Positions 39,442 through 53,394 of a DNA stretch of 64,000 nt are shown piece by piece. The notes under the pieces were generated by a model, which was not told the origin of the DNA, made no database searches, and saw nothing but the letters and a program-made list of their open reading frames with translations. The DNA lies in NCBI GenBank assembly GCA_951406725.2, contig OX597819.1, positions 107,570,001-107,634,000 of the forward strand. Direction: 5' to 3'. The number at the start of each line of letters is the position of its first letter. Positions within the stretch are counted from its first letter, which is position 1. The translations under genes and the position numbers were made by a program. The stretch is from Octopus vulgaris (lineage: Eukaryota).

Positions 39442-39633
39442 GAACTCCTTGGTTTGGATTTGAAAACACTGAAAGCGGGAGCATACCCTTTCGGCTTCTT
39501 ATCGCTTCTGAAGATCTGCTCGAAACTAACAGTGCCAGCAAACCCAAAATATGCAAGCGAGGAATTTCTGCTCTCCCCTTTCCCCTTTCCATATATATAT
39601 ATATACATATATATATATACATATATATACATA

Positions 39634-40247
<614 letters not shown>

Positions 40248-40304
40248 AAGTATGTATGGGCATATGAATATATACATATAATTGAAAAGATGGAATCAAG
40301 AAGG

Positions 40305-40537
40305 AGTACGGCTGGAGATTTATTTTCAATCACTACAATTGTTTCTACGCAATGTAGTTCTCAAGACGTGCAGGTGCTTGAATATGCAACATCTGGGTGT
40401 GTTTCCTCAAGCGAGACCTGAGGAAGCACAAGTGGATCTCAATACAGGGAAACGGTTGCACAATCAAGTAACTGCATGCCAGAAAAACGTTGCGTAGAAA
40501 CAATTGTAGTGATTGAAATTATATGTCCAGCCGTACT
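40305..40537. repeat. Small inverted-repeat element whose arms carry HHR 3' halves
   Basis: agtacggctgga...ttcaatcactacaattgtttctacgcaa pairs with ttgcgtaGAAAcaattgTAgtgattgaa...tccagccgtact. Confidence 0.7.
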
Positions 40538-40748
40538 ATTTGTTGTTGACTCTAGTTTTTTCGATTATCTATTCACACAAACCTGAAAGTACGTATATTA
40601 GTAACAACTGGATAGCAGAGGGTGAAATCTGGAGATGGACGAGCTTTATACTCTACTCTACTACATTCTTAACAAAATATACCATAAATATATACACAAA
40701 CACACACACACTTATATATACACGCGCACTCACACGCACACACGCATG

Positions 40749-40840
<92 letters not shown>

Positions 40841-41255
40841 AATTGTGGGTGTTTAGTTCAGAGGTGATCTAAATGGCTAGGTAGGCTGAGTAAGTGCTGT
40901 AACAGATTACCAGGGTTCCAAGGTTATTAGCCGAGACATGAGTTATCGAACCATTGTAGAGTTCTGACATAGTAGATATACAATTGCTAAAGAGGACAGC
41001 AAGCGATAAGTTAAGACAAACATCTCAAGTGATATACGTTATTATTATTGGTATTTAATTAGGTCGTTTTATATTCCGAATAACAAAGTCCCACTGATTC
41101 CAGCTTTGCTTTCCTTATATATGTGTGTATATGTGTCTGTATTAATATGCATACACAGACACAGAAACACACATATGTTTAATTGTTAACAACAACGGTA
41201 AGGCAAGACAAACATCTCACGTCATATTCATTAGTGTTATGGGAAAATTTGAAAG

Positions 41256-41309
41256 TCTTACAGCTGTTTCTGAGATATCCCAAAGTATGTGATATTCCGT
41301 CATTGGAGA
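41256..41309 (-). ncRNA. Decayed hammerhead motif
   Basis: tct-CCAATGA-...atatc...gatat...-GAAA-cagctg-TA-aga; G5 is mutated, so probably inactive. Confidence 0.5.
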
Positions 41310-42024
41310 AAAATACGGGAAATGAGAAGGGCAGACATTAATGAAACGACAACATAGAAGACAGGATAAAAGGAATAAGAAGAAAACAGAAGCGTAAAGT
41401 TTCGCAGTTCAATTTCCCATTCGTGTAGACGTTAGTCCATAAGTCCTTAGGTGCAATCTTGTGTGAATCCATGTAGGTTAAAGTCTACATAAGTGTAAGT
41501 ATCCGGAAATCAACACGAACAAATGGACGTTCCGTAAAAGAATGGTAGCGGAGGTGGTTATTAAAGGGTAAAGAGAAAGAAAAATAAATAAATAGAAAGA
41601 GATGTAGAGAGTGTGGGGGAGGAAACCAAGGATTAGTATTAAGGATGAAATAAGATATATATGAATATAGCGTACAAAAATAACCAAGAAGATAAATAAA
41701 TATGAAATAAATAAATGAAAATGTATAGGGTTAAATAAGGAGATAGGAGGAGGATGTAAAGGAACATAACGTAAAAAATAAAATAAAATGAAAGGGATTC
41801 AAAGAGAATAGGAGGTGCCAATGGTATTCTTTTAGGCTGTATGAGTTGGGGAGGAAATCCAATAGTAAGTTTTTGTGTCCGTTTTACGGCTAAGGTCAGT
41901 GGCTGTAGAAATATTTTTAGCTATGGGGGTATGGGTGTGTAGGGAGTCGTGAACGAAGAAACCAGTTGAATGTTAAATTATTTAGGAATAAGAGTTACCA
42001 CTAAATATTAGGGGTAGACCTGAT

Positions 42025-42460
42025 AACTGCAACTGCAGATCTGGGACCGACTTGCCGCTGCAAGCCCGTTGCAGAAGATTCAGCATCGTGTACCAATGCA
42101 CCGTTCAGAACATAGTAAATAGCTCTAATAGCTATAATATTAGATCTATCACAAATTTTAAGCAAAAGTATTATGCACATTCAAACTAGTTTAAATATAA
42201 AGAGCATAGCAATTCCGCATCACTAGCCAGTTACGTACACCATCTAATTAATAGAAAAATATAATACGGGCTATCCTGGACTATAATAGATTCTAGCATC
42301 CCATACCAGGGCCAGCGCTCCACTTGTGGACTCTGCTTAAAGGAAGACCTCAAAATTTTAATCCATAACTTACCACAATCGCTTAATAAGCACAACGAAG
42401 CCCTCACAAAGTGTAAACACAAATTCTTCCGCACTTTTAATTTCTTCCATAAATCCAAAT
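42025..42460 (+). pseudogene. Decayed GIY-YIG endonuclease of a different PLE clade (CxC linker, Hydra-like), preceded by an inverted copy of its 3' region
   Basis: NCNCRSGTDLPLQARC...IVYQCTV...NFKQKYYAH..*F...NSASLASYVHHL...SWTII...PY...CGLCLKE...LNKHNEALTKCKH; 41970-42013 is inverted at ~42606-42651. Confidence 0.8.
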
Positions 42461-43347
42461 GTAAATTCACCCCACCACGCTCACATACATACCTCCATGA
42501 TCGTTAACACATACCCTTGTATATTTCTTCTCTCAACCTTACCTTAGTGCTTTATAAGATAAACGTTAATTCTTCAATTTATTTTTAAACCTTAACCTAT
42601 AAAATCCCTTAATATTTAGTGGTAACTCTTATTCCTAAATAATTTAACATTCCAAACTAATAATTTAACATTCCTAAATAATTTAACAAGAGCCCAATGT
42701 TTGACTTTCATTTTAGCTCGAATAATGGTGGGGGAAACTTTTTAATTTAGGGAACAATTCCGATCCAAATTTCCTTTTAGATTGTGACTACTTTATCTCC
42801 ATATGTTATTGGATTTAATATGCATCAGCTATATTCAAATTACTGGTAACAATTTCGTGTGAGTGTGTGTGTGTGTGTGTGTGAATACGCGTGCGCACAC
42901 GCGTGTATAAACATGTATAAAAATACTTATATTCTTAGATTGCTTAAAATATCGAGTCTTTGTACTTTAATTACTTAATTAATTAATTACTTAATTGTTT
43001 AAGCCCTTACTGATTAGTGTCACCGTCGTGAATTGGAATTACAATCAAAATGTGTATAAAAATACGTCTTATAAATTAACTCATATCAACTACTAAATAT
43101 TTTCCAACACTCAAATTAATGACCTAATGTTTTGGACAGTTATCACAAAAGTAGTGAGACAAATAATATGTGCACTAAATTCGTCGTAAAAGCTGTTTCG
43201 TTATCTTTTTAAAGAACAGAAGCGCCAATTGAATGCAAAAATTAGGAAATGACTACGTCGCTCTATCAAGCACATGGAGCAAAACACATTCATTCACCAA
43301 TACTACGCCTTTGCATGTATGCACAAATAGACACACACGCAAATAAG

Positions 43348-43437
<90 letters not shown>

Positions 43438-43472
43438 GATACATAGATACATACATACATACATACATAAAT

Positions 43473-43511
<39 letters not shown>

Positions 43512-43935
43512 TAGTGACAGAGCGAGACAGAGACAGTGACAGAGAGAAGAATATGAACATAACATGTTACTTCTTCATTTCAGCAGTTTTATGTGTTTCA
43601 GACAATCGAAAAAGGTTGTCTAAAAGTAAGCTTGCTCCGCGTTCGCTCTATAATGTACATCCACTGGTCGCATCTGTACAGTAACGTCATATATTGCCGG
43701 ATATTGAAACATACGTAACAGATGAAATAAAGGAATATCATGTTATGCCCGCTGGTATTGCTGTCCTCTTTCTACCATGTCATAGACCATCCTTGGATTG
43801 GGACAACTTGTGTGTACATGCGATGATGGCAGTACCTGGGACAAATTGGAACAGAAACCTGAAGGGAATAATTGTCGCGCGTCAAGCGCATCCAATAATT
43901 TACACACACACATACACATACGCGTGCGCCCACGC

Positions 43936-43978
<43 letters not shown>

Positions 43979-44027
43979 AACATATATACACATATACATA
44001 TATAAATATATATACATATATATATGC

Positions 44028-44130
<103 letters not shown>

Positions 44131-44246
44131 TACATACATATATACATATATACATATATACATATATAAATATAAATGTGACCTCGTGAGTACCGCTGGC
44201 GATTTTTTCCTCTGTCTTCCCTTCTCGGGATCTTTCCTTCTCCTAT

Positions 44247-44281
44247 GTTTCCGACGAAGAGCTCCGCTCGAAACTTTAAAC
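44247..44281 (+). ncRNA. Minimal hammerhead-like motif (CCGACGA core) in a ~217-bp module between (TA)n tracts
   Basis: gttt-CCGACGA-a gagc tcc gctc-GAAA-ct-TT-aaac. Confidence 0.6.
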
Positions 44282-44388
44282 CCTCCTTCTTCCCTCCTTT
44301 CCTGAGCGTCCAATAATACTTTATTTGTTCCACGTACTCGCGTTGTTGTGTTTATTGTTTTTTTGTGTTTTCTTGTTTGGATTAACCA

Positions 44389-44453
<65 letters not shown>

Positions 44454-44566
44454 ATATAAATCTTAATTTTTATAACTGTACCAACTAGAATGTCTGTCTG
44501 CTCCCTCAGCCGTACCCCTACCAGATACTGCCCTCTGTTATAATTTAATTAAAATCTATGTCTTTG

Positions 44567-44653
44567 TGCCACTGAAGATTGCTCTGCCTTTTAAATTCAT
44601 GTAATGTTAGCATTGTTCAATTAAATGGAGTTGCATGAAACGATCGTACTGCA
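44567..44653 (+). ncRNA. Hammerhead motif with long stem II and imperfect helix I
   Basis: CTGAAGA-ttgc...gcat-GAAA-cgatcg-TA; palindromic stem III; the module is flanked by (TA)n. Confidence 0.6.
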
Positions 44654-44822
44654 TTACATCTTGATATCCTTGTTGCTTATTGTGATATATATATATATAT
44701 ATATAAACATTGGTCATTTACATTTGAGCACTTCCGTTTGCAGTCCTATAAACCCTTTTGTTTCTATAAAAAGAGCCAAATATTATTTCTTGTTTCATGT
44801 AGATAGATAGATAGATTGATAG

Positions 44823-44915
<93 letters not shown>

Positions 44916-45504
44916 CATACTTACTGGATTACGTGCCTACCTTGAGAAATTAGCTACGAATTTCCCGTGTGCTTGGGTTTGTCAAATTTTCTGTTTGTTC
45001 AGGGTTTTTTTCAAATTTTCCGTGTTTTTGTGAAACATTCCGGTTTTCATGTTTTTATAAATATTCTCATATATATATATATATGTATGTATGTATGTAT
45101 ATGTATTCATATATGTGTCTTTGTGTGAATGAGATATTCTTGCAGCCAAAGTGCGCGTGTCTAAAACTGACTGTATAGTTATGACAAGTGATATGGCTGA
45201 CGGGAAAAATCGGTAGCTTGATTTTTTTAAAAATTTTATATGCAATTGAAGTATTAACAGTACAATCGAAATACTTAGAGAGGAGGATGTCAGTACATAT
45301 ACTTTAGTGACGACTATTTAGACAAAACTTATAAATTAAGTAAGTGTGAAGATATTTCATGCATGTAGAATTAAATACGTTATCACTACCAATACAATTT
45401 CATAGATATTTATATTGATATTTAGAGATGGATAAATTGATACATACATACATACATGCATACATACATACATACATACGTACGTGCGTGCGTGCGTGCG
45501 TGCG

Positions 45505-45543
<39 letters not shown>

Positions 45544-45811
45544 ATGTGGGTATGTGTCCGTATACACGCGAATACACAGATATATATAGAATTAGTTAAA
45601 TTAATATATTTCATACAATGGAGATTCAGAAATAAGTAAAAATAATTATTGAATAAAAGAACAAAGATATATAAGCTTAATATGTGTATGTGAATATGTG
45701 TGTGTATGTGTGTTTGTTTGTGTCTGTTTGAGTGTGTGAGCATGTGGTTTTATGTGTTTCTGTGTGTATGTATCTTAATGTTTGTTCTTATATGAAGTTA
45801 TATTCCAAAAC

Positions 45812-46045
45812 TGGAAAGAGAAGAGAATTGGAAAGACAAGAAAAGACGTCAACAAGAAACTATGGCATTACAACCAGCCGGGAACAGTCTTCGCTACATT
45901 TGCGGTACCTGCCAGAGGGAGTGTTTGTCCAGGATAGGACTACACAGCCACAGCAGGAAATGTATCAGGACATGAAATGTAAAAGCCGGACTAGACTACT
46001 TTATGCGCAACTCCATTGTCTCCCGAGACAAAAAGGATGCCAACA
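45812..46045 (+). mobile_element. 5'-truncated RTE-clade LINE 3' end with 51-bp flanking direct repeats
   Basis: Encodes YICGTCQRECLSRIGLHSHSRKC; 3' hairpin tgtctc cc gagaca; 45761-45811 equals 46046-46096. Confidence 0.8.
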
Positions 46046-46260
46046 TGTGTGTATGTATCTTAATGTTTGTTCTTATATGAAGTTATATTCCAAAACAATT
46101 GAACATTTACTGAAGAACAACTCGATATTTTCTAGTAGACTGCTCTTTTTATATACTTTATAGCAGAAAGTAATCGCTACCATCAGACAAAATTTCCAAG
46201 TTACTGTCAAACTTTTCCTTTACACACACAAACATACATATATATATGCGTGTGTGTGTG

Positions 46261-46307
<47 letters not shown>

Positions 46308-46391
46308 GTTTGTGTGTAAGTATATATGTATGAATGTATGTATGTGTACGTATATGTATACATATATATACATATATATATATAAACACAC

Positions 46392-46509
<118 letters not shown>

Positions 46510-46518
46510 GTATATATA

Positions 46519-47769
46519 TTGGGTCATTAAGAATGAAATATCTGATTTTGAACTGAAAGTTTATTTTACTTTATCTCAACAAAAAGCAGTTCATGAAACT
46601 ATGCACGTAAGTTATTTACACAATTTTGTCATTTTATCGGTAGCTTATTTATGCCGGCAGCAAAGAATTCTGGAGAGGAAGAGGTGAAGAAATCACGAAA
46701 GGTTGTTTTCAGACTTGAAGTTTTCTCCATGCAAAAAGTTATCTGATGATGGAAAACATGATAGTCAGTTGGTACAGAGCCTGGTAAATATGGTAGATGA
46801 TAGAGTACTTCCAACTTCAGTTGCTGTAACTTGAGTAATGTTCTTTGTGCAACATATGCTCGAGCATTGTCTTGCAAGAGAATTTACCTGTCTCTATTGA
46901 CCAATCTCGGTTGTTTAATTGCAAGTTCACTCATCACTTCATCCAATTGGTTGACGTATCCATCCGCTGTAATTAACGTAGCAGGTCTCATGAAGCTGTA
47001 GTGGATGATACCAGTGCTAGACCACCAAACAGACAGCATTAGCTTTTTTAGTGAATATTCTTTTTTGAATTGTGTTTTGGCACTTCGTGTCTATCCAACC
47101 ACCGTGCAGATTGCTTGCTATTGTTGAAAAGAATTCGTTTTTCATCACACGTAACAATACGATGGAAAACTTGTTCGCTTTTATGTCGTAACAGAAAAGA
47201 ACAGCAAGTTACAAGACGACGTGTCATTTGATGCTTGTTCAGTTCGTGTGGTACCCACGTGTTCAATTCTTTACCTTGCCAATTTGTTTCAGATAGTGCA
47301 ATACAGCTGAAATTGAAACATCAAATCTTGCTGCTAATTCAATACGTAGTTTAAGAGGTATCCACTTCAACTACAGTTTCCAGCTTATCATTATCCACCT
47401 TGGTCTCAAGTCTGCCGCGCAGCTGATTTTCAAGAGTAATGGCACCAGATAATCGACATACAGTGTGCTCATTCACCACATCTTCACCAAACACCTTATT
47501 GATGTTTCGAGCTATCCGGGATGCATTGGTTCCACGATGGAACTCATATTAATAAACACGATTTTTTTTTATCTATCCAAGGGTTCACAAAAATTTATTT
47601 ACAAGAGAAAACTCACAATATAATCAAACACCATGAATAGCGTTTCGAAAAGGGATAATGTAATTCTTCAATGTTGTAAAACAAAGAACTGTCAGCATAA
47701 AACATTAGAGTTAACGACCGTCAAACTTGGTGCATGACAACATTGGACATTTCTTTCTTAATGACCTGA
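46519..47769 (-). mobile_element. Decayed full-length mariner transposon (Mos1-like)
   Basis: TIRs ttgggtcattaagaatgaaat / atttctttcttaatgacctga; WVPHEL...RIVTCDEK, QDNARA and HLPYLPGSVPTDYH motifs; ~1.25 kb. Confidence 0.9.
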
Positions 47770-47819
47770 TGTGTGTGTATGTGTATGTGCGCGTGTGTAT
47801 GTGCGAATTGTGTGTGTGT

Positions 47820-48180
47820 GTGAAGGCGCACGGCTTAGTTGTTAGTGTGTCGATCTTACGATCGTAAGCTTGTGAGTTCGATACCCCGACCAGTCTGCGT
47901 GGTGTGTTCTTGAGCAAGACACTTTAGCTCATATTGCTCCACTTCACTCAGCTGTAAAAATGAATTGCGACGTCACTGGTACCAAGCTGTATCGGCCTTT
48001 GCCTTTCCGTTGGACAACGTCGGTGGCGTGGAGACTGGAGGCAGGTATGCATGGGCGACTGCCTGTCATCCTTAAAAACAACCCGAGGTTGCGCGTTCGC
48101 CGGTGAGGCGACTTTTTGCCCAGACTAACCCCGGAGAGGAAACGCTTAGATGTACCTATGGCCATTCGTGACCGACGAAG
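47820..48180 (+). mobile_element. tRNA-derived SINE (family B-related)
   Basis: gtgaaggcgcacggcttagttgttag...gagttcgatacccc head with A/B boxes. Confidence 0.6.
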
Positions 48181-48215
48181 TCGAGTTTAGATAGATAGAT
48201 AGATACATACATACA

Positions 48216-48247
<32 letters not shown>

Positions 48248-48278
48248 CATATGCATACATCTATATATATACATATAT

Positions 48279-48343
<65 letters not shown>

Positions 48344-48484
48344 TTATATTTTTTAAAGTTCAATAGGAGGTTAAATAAGCCTCATTAAGGGATAATAATA
48401 TCCATTGAATTTACTGGTTTATTTCCTACTATTTATTTTGAATATTAATTTTAATACTCATAAATAGGTAATTAGATAAATCGA

Positions 48485-51325
48485 AGTTTCTAGTTATTTA
48501 TGAAAAATAGGAAAATAGAGATAAATCAATTAATAATTATATTTATTGATTACAAAAATAGACATAATCCCCGACAGCTGTTTCGATTCACACTTTAAAG
48601 ATTTTAATTTAAATAATTAAATCATTGTGAAGTGATTAAATCATTGTGAATAATCATTGTGATTAAATCATTAAAGTGATTAAATCATTGTGAATAATAA
48701 TTAAATCATTGTGAATAAATCTCATCGGAGCTACAAAAAAGATATACCATTACATATCTATGTGTTAGGTTTACGGAACATTTCATCTGAGTCTTATTTT
48801 ATGGATAAATTTAGTATAAACCATATAAAAGGAGGTAATGGTGTATATTTAGAAAAAAGTGCATATGTAATATAATATATAATATACCCTTGATAATCTA
48901 TAGAAAGTATAGAGATAAATAGTATCATTCAAACGTGGTTGAATGATATTATTTATCTCTATTAATTTACCGTGTATTTAAGTATCATATTAATATTGGG
49001 GTACATGTGTTTATAAAAATTCAAGTAATAATGGTGTATAAATTTCTAAGTAAAAATAAAGAATGGATATATTCATATATATTTGAATGTATATATAGAT
49101 ATAAATACATTCAATACTTATACATATATAAAAATACATAAAAATATATAAAAATTAAAAATAAAGATAATTGGGCACGTAAATTATCTCATCTTGCATA
49201 TGTACTTACATATATTTACACGCTCATACATAATAAATAAATGTTAATATCTGTACAGAAATCACATGCAGAAAAATTTTATGAATATATTGTTTTGTCA
49301 GTAATATGTTACTACATAGATTCATAGAAAAAAAATTACTTATGTTCAAATAGAGTTCAGTAAAAATACAAAAGTAAATAAATAAAAATGTATTTATTAT
49401 ACGTAGTTATTTTAGCAAAAAACTGACACACCCCAATCTATTTTGTATTAATCAAATAAGTTAAAGAGAGTCTATTGGTTATATGTTTTAGAAATAAGTA
49501 GCGTTTCATTGATTTAGGGATCATTAACGGTAAGGTAAAATATAATAAAATATAATAAATTTTATAGTTTTTTAGTTTAGGGGACATCATACTTATTTGT
49601 GCAAAAAATATAGTGGTCAAGGGGAGGTAAATATGGGTAGTTAATTTATCTTCGGAATAACAGAAAATACTTTTACCTCTCCTGACTACTATATTTTTGC
49701 ACACATAAGCATGTTATCCCCTACACTAAAAAAAAAACTACAAAATTTTTTCTTTCATATAAGATATTTTTCCTTGCTCTCTTATTCTATACACATAATA
49801 TATCAACTCTGTTATTTTATTTTGTTTCTTTATTTACTTATTTATTATATTTTACATTACAGGTAATGATCCCTAAATGAATGAAGCGCTACTTATTTCT
49901 AAAACGTATGACCAATAGACTCTCTTTAACTTATTTGATTAATACAAAATAGATTGAGTCGTATCAGTTTTTTACCAAAATAAGTACGTATAATAAATAC
50001 ATTTTTATTTATTACTAGCAGTATCGCTCGGCGTTGCTCGGGTTTGTAAGGGAAATAACTATATAAGTATTTTTAGAGAGTTGTAGCCAAAAAATAGCAA
50101 AAAAATGCATTAAAAATGGAAAAAAAGTTATGGTAAATTTTTTTTAAATCGTTGACTCATCGTAGACATTTTCTGTTTTGGTGTCTTCAAGCCATGAAGT
50201 CGTTGTTCTAAAAGAACGCTGGTCTCCTTGACAACGCTTTACGACGTTTATTTCCTTACACTCCCTTCACCACAGCTTCACGAGGGAGGGAAGAAGGGGG
50301 AGAAGCAACACAGGTGCAGGTGTGACCATGGACGCCAACTCCGCCGCCATCGACACACGAAAAAATATGCGTTAAAATGGAAAAAAATGATGTTAAATTA
50401 TTTTTAAAATCGTAGACTCATCGTAGACGCGCGCTAATACCCAGACGGGCTCGATATGAATCACGACTATAAGATACCCGAATTTGGTTAAACTGCACCG
50501 CAAAATGTGGGAGTAGTTAGGAATCTAAATCGTAGGAGACAGACACTCACACAACTACAGTTTTATATATATAGATTTACTATTGTATTTTTACTAAACT
50601 CTATTTGAACATCAACAATTTTTTTCTATGAATCTAATTAGTAACATATTACTGACACAATTGTATATTCATACAATTTTTCTGTATGTGATATTTACAT
50701 GTGTTTATTATGTATGAACGTGTAAAATACATGTAAGTACATATGTAAGATGAGATAATTTACGTGCCCATTCATTTATATTTTTTTATATATATTTTTT
50801 ATGTATTTATATATATGAATAAATATATGAATGTATTTATATCTATATATGCATTCAAATATATATGAATATATCTATAACTCTATCCATTGATTATTTT
50901 TATTTACGAATTTATACACCATTATTACTTAAATTTTTAGAAACACATGTACCCCAATATTATGATATTAAATACACGGTTGATTACTATATATTATTTA
51001 TCTCTACACTTTTTAATGATTACCCAGAGTATATTATAATTTATATTACATATGTACATTTTTTCTAAATATACACACTACTTACCTCCTTATAAGGTTT
51101 ATACCAAATTTATCCATAAAAAATACTCAGCTGAAATGTTCCGTACACTTAACACTTAAAAAATTAATGGTATTTCTTTTATACTACCTCCGTCGAGATT
51201 CTACTTTAAATGATTTCAATTAAAATCTTTAAAGTGTGAATGGAAACAGCTGTCGGTGATTAGTCTACTTTTATAATTAATAAATGGAATTATTAATTGA
51301 TTTATCTCTATTTTATTATTTTCTT
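48485..51325. repeat. Large diverged AT-rich palindrome (arms ~48485-49560 and ~49830-51325) with decayed HHRs at both outer ends
   Basis: For example ccgacagctgtttc...cacactttaaagattttaatt pairs with aattaaaatctttaaagtgtga...gaaacagctgtcgg; the right arm is interrupted by a Helitron at 50015-50575. Confidence 0.85.
50015..50575 (-). mobile_element. Non-autonomous Helitron-like element
   Basis: Minus strand A|TC...hairpin...CTAG|T; shares its 3' ~130 bp with 4423-4806; absent from the other palindrome arm. Confidence 0.8.
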
Positions 51326-51466
51326 ACATATATACTCTTTTACTCTTTTACTTGTTTCAGTCATTTGACTGCGGCCATGCTGGAGCACCGCCTTTAGTCG
51401 AGAAAATCGACCCCGGGACTACCCCGCAAATACGCAAGATATAAATGAAATACTTACTCATACCCA

Positions 51467-51525
51467 TGCCGCTGAAGAGGGGAAAATTTCTTAGGAATTA
51501 ACCCCGAAATTGGACCAATACGGTA
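51467..51525 (+). ncRNA. Type I hammerhead ribozyme, canonical core
   Basis: tgccg-CTGAAGA-gggg aa aatttc ttag gaatt aa cccc-GAAA-ttgg a ccaa-TA-cggta; the module ends in (TA)n at ~51653. Confidence 0.88.
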
Positions 51526-51648
51526 ATAACGAGTTTTTTAGAGATTTCTATCGGTTTGTTTCGAGACGCATAAATTATAATGGTTATCGACAGAATTTTT
51601 TGTTTCGGCATATTTGGCATTAGAATTTTTCTTCTGCCCTTATCTTGT

Positions 51649-51744
<96 letters not shown>

Positions 51745-51899
51745 CTAATAGCCTTCTCTTCAACAGGATCAATGATGGCGGTTGAGGAACATGTTCAGTC
51801 CAGATGACCTGATGAACAATAAAGAAAAACATACATTACGTATATACTCAACAGTAAAAACAGTAAACTGCAAGGACTAATAGAAGAACTGAACAATTG

Positions 51900-52900
51900 C
51901 TCTAAGTGTACAGCTGTTACAAATTTGGTTGAATGACTTACTTAAACAGAGACTTGGAAGAGAAGTACTCCTCATACCAGAAAAATAGTTTTGCATGGTT
52001 ACATGTCCTGCAAGCCGGACAATGCCAGCAACTAACACCAACTGACAGGAATAGCACCTCTCCTGGACTTGCGATAAGTATCTCATCTAGAAGACAATAT
52101 CTTTGCTATTCAAGAACAGGAGATAGCTCTTTTACTTGTTTCAGTCATTTGACTGTGGCCATGCTAGAGCACCGCCTTTAGTCGAGCTAATCGACCCCAA
52201 GACTTATTCTTTGTAAGCCTAGTACTTATTCTATCGGTCTCTTTTGCCGGACCGCTAAGTTACGGGGACGTAAATACACCAGCATCGGTTGTCAAGCGAT
52301 GTTGGGGGGACAAACATAGACAAACAAACATATACACATACATACATATATATGTGTGTGTGTGTGTGTGTATACGACGGGCTTCTTTCAGTTTCCATCT
52401 ACCAAATCCACTCACAAGGCTTTGGTCGGCCCGAGGCTATAGTAGAAGACACTTGCCCAAGGTGCCATGCAGTGAGACTGAACCTGGAACCATGTGGTTC
52501 GTAAGCAAGCCACTTACCACACAGCTACTCCAACGCCTATAGCCACTTACCATACAGCCACTCCTACAAATATTTGATTAACACAAGAGATACAGGTGCC
52601 TCTAAATCTCTAGGAGGTGTTAGAAAGTACCGATTATACCATACTAGTGTGGACGATATCATTCATACTATCAAGAACTTCCGCAAAATTTCTGCAAGTT
52701 ACTACTTCCCCATGAGACATGACAATGTTGTCAAGACCGATTATAATGTACGCAAGGATTGTATTAGCGGCCATGCGAAAGGCACACTATTACCAGAGAT
52801 TATCCACACCTTTAAAAATAAAGAATACTGGAGGAAAATACCAATAAACTACAGAAACTCTATGTAAGCACAACATACCAGATATTATCAGCCCAGCTGA
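51900..52900 (+). pseudogene. Decayed RLE-type (R4/Dong-like) non-LTR retrotransposon C-terminal region, interrupted by a SINE
   Basis: Traces LHGY, SHLEDNIFAIQEQEI | PTKYLINTRD, DDIIHTI...YYFPMRHDNVVK and KHNIPDII. Confidence 0.65.
52127..52540 (-). mobile_element. Family A SINE
   Basis: Matches 10155-10571; a partial copy also lies at 51335-51421. Confidence 0.85.
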
Positions 52901-52978
52901 TGCAAATATATCTTTAAAAGTGAGGGGGGAAAGAGAACATCTACACGGAACTAACGAAAATACTGCGGCTCTTATATA

Positions 52979-53394
52979 CTCTTTTTACTCTTTTACTCTT
53001 TTACTGGTTTCAGTCATTTGACTGCGGTCATGCTGGAGCACCGCCTTTAATCGAGCAACTCGAACTCCGGACTTATTCTTTTGTAAGCCCAGTACTTATT
53101 CTATCGGTCTCTTTTGCCGAACCGCTAAGTTACGGGGACATAAACACACCAGCATCGATTGTCAAGCAATGCAAGGGGGGCAAACACAGACACACAAACA
53201 CACACACGCATATATAAATATACATATATAAGACGGGCTTCTTTCAGTTTCCATCTACCAAATCCACTCGCAAGGCTTTGGTTGGCCCGAGGCTATAGTA
53301 TAAGACACTTCCCCAAGGTGCCACGCAGTGGAACTGAACCCGGAACCATGTGGTTGGTAAATAAGCTACTTACCACACAGCCACTCCTGCGCCT
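52979..53394 (-). mobile_element. Family A SINE
   Basis: Matches 10155-10571. Confidence 0.85.

Larger units (their letters stand above)
38535..39590 (-). mobile_element. Retrozyme-like non-autonomous element: head-to-tail ~560-570-bp units (about 1.85 copies), one HHR per unit, flanked by (TA)n
   Basis: The unit start atttcaacaattgaggg occurs at 38535 and 39104; no credible protein; HHRs at 38831-38882 and 39390-39441. Confidence 0.8.
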
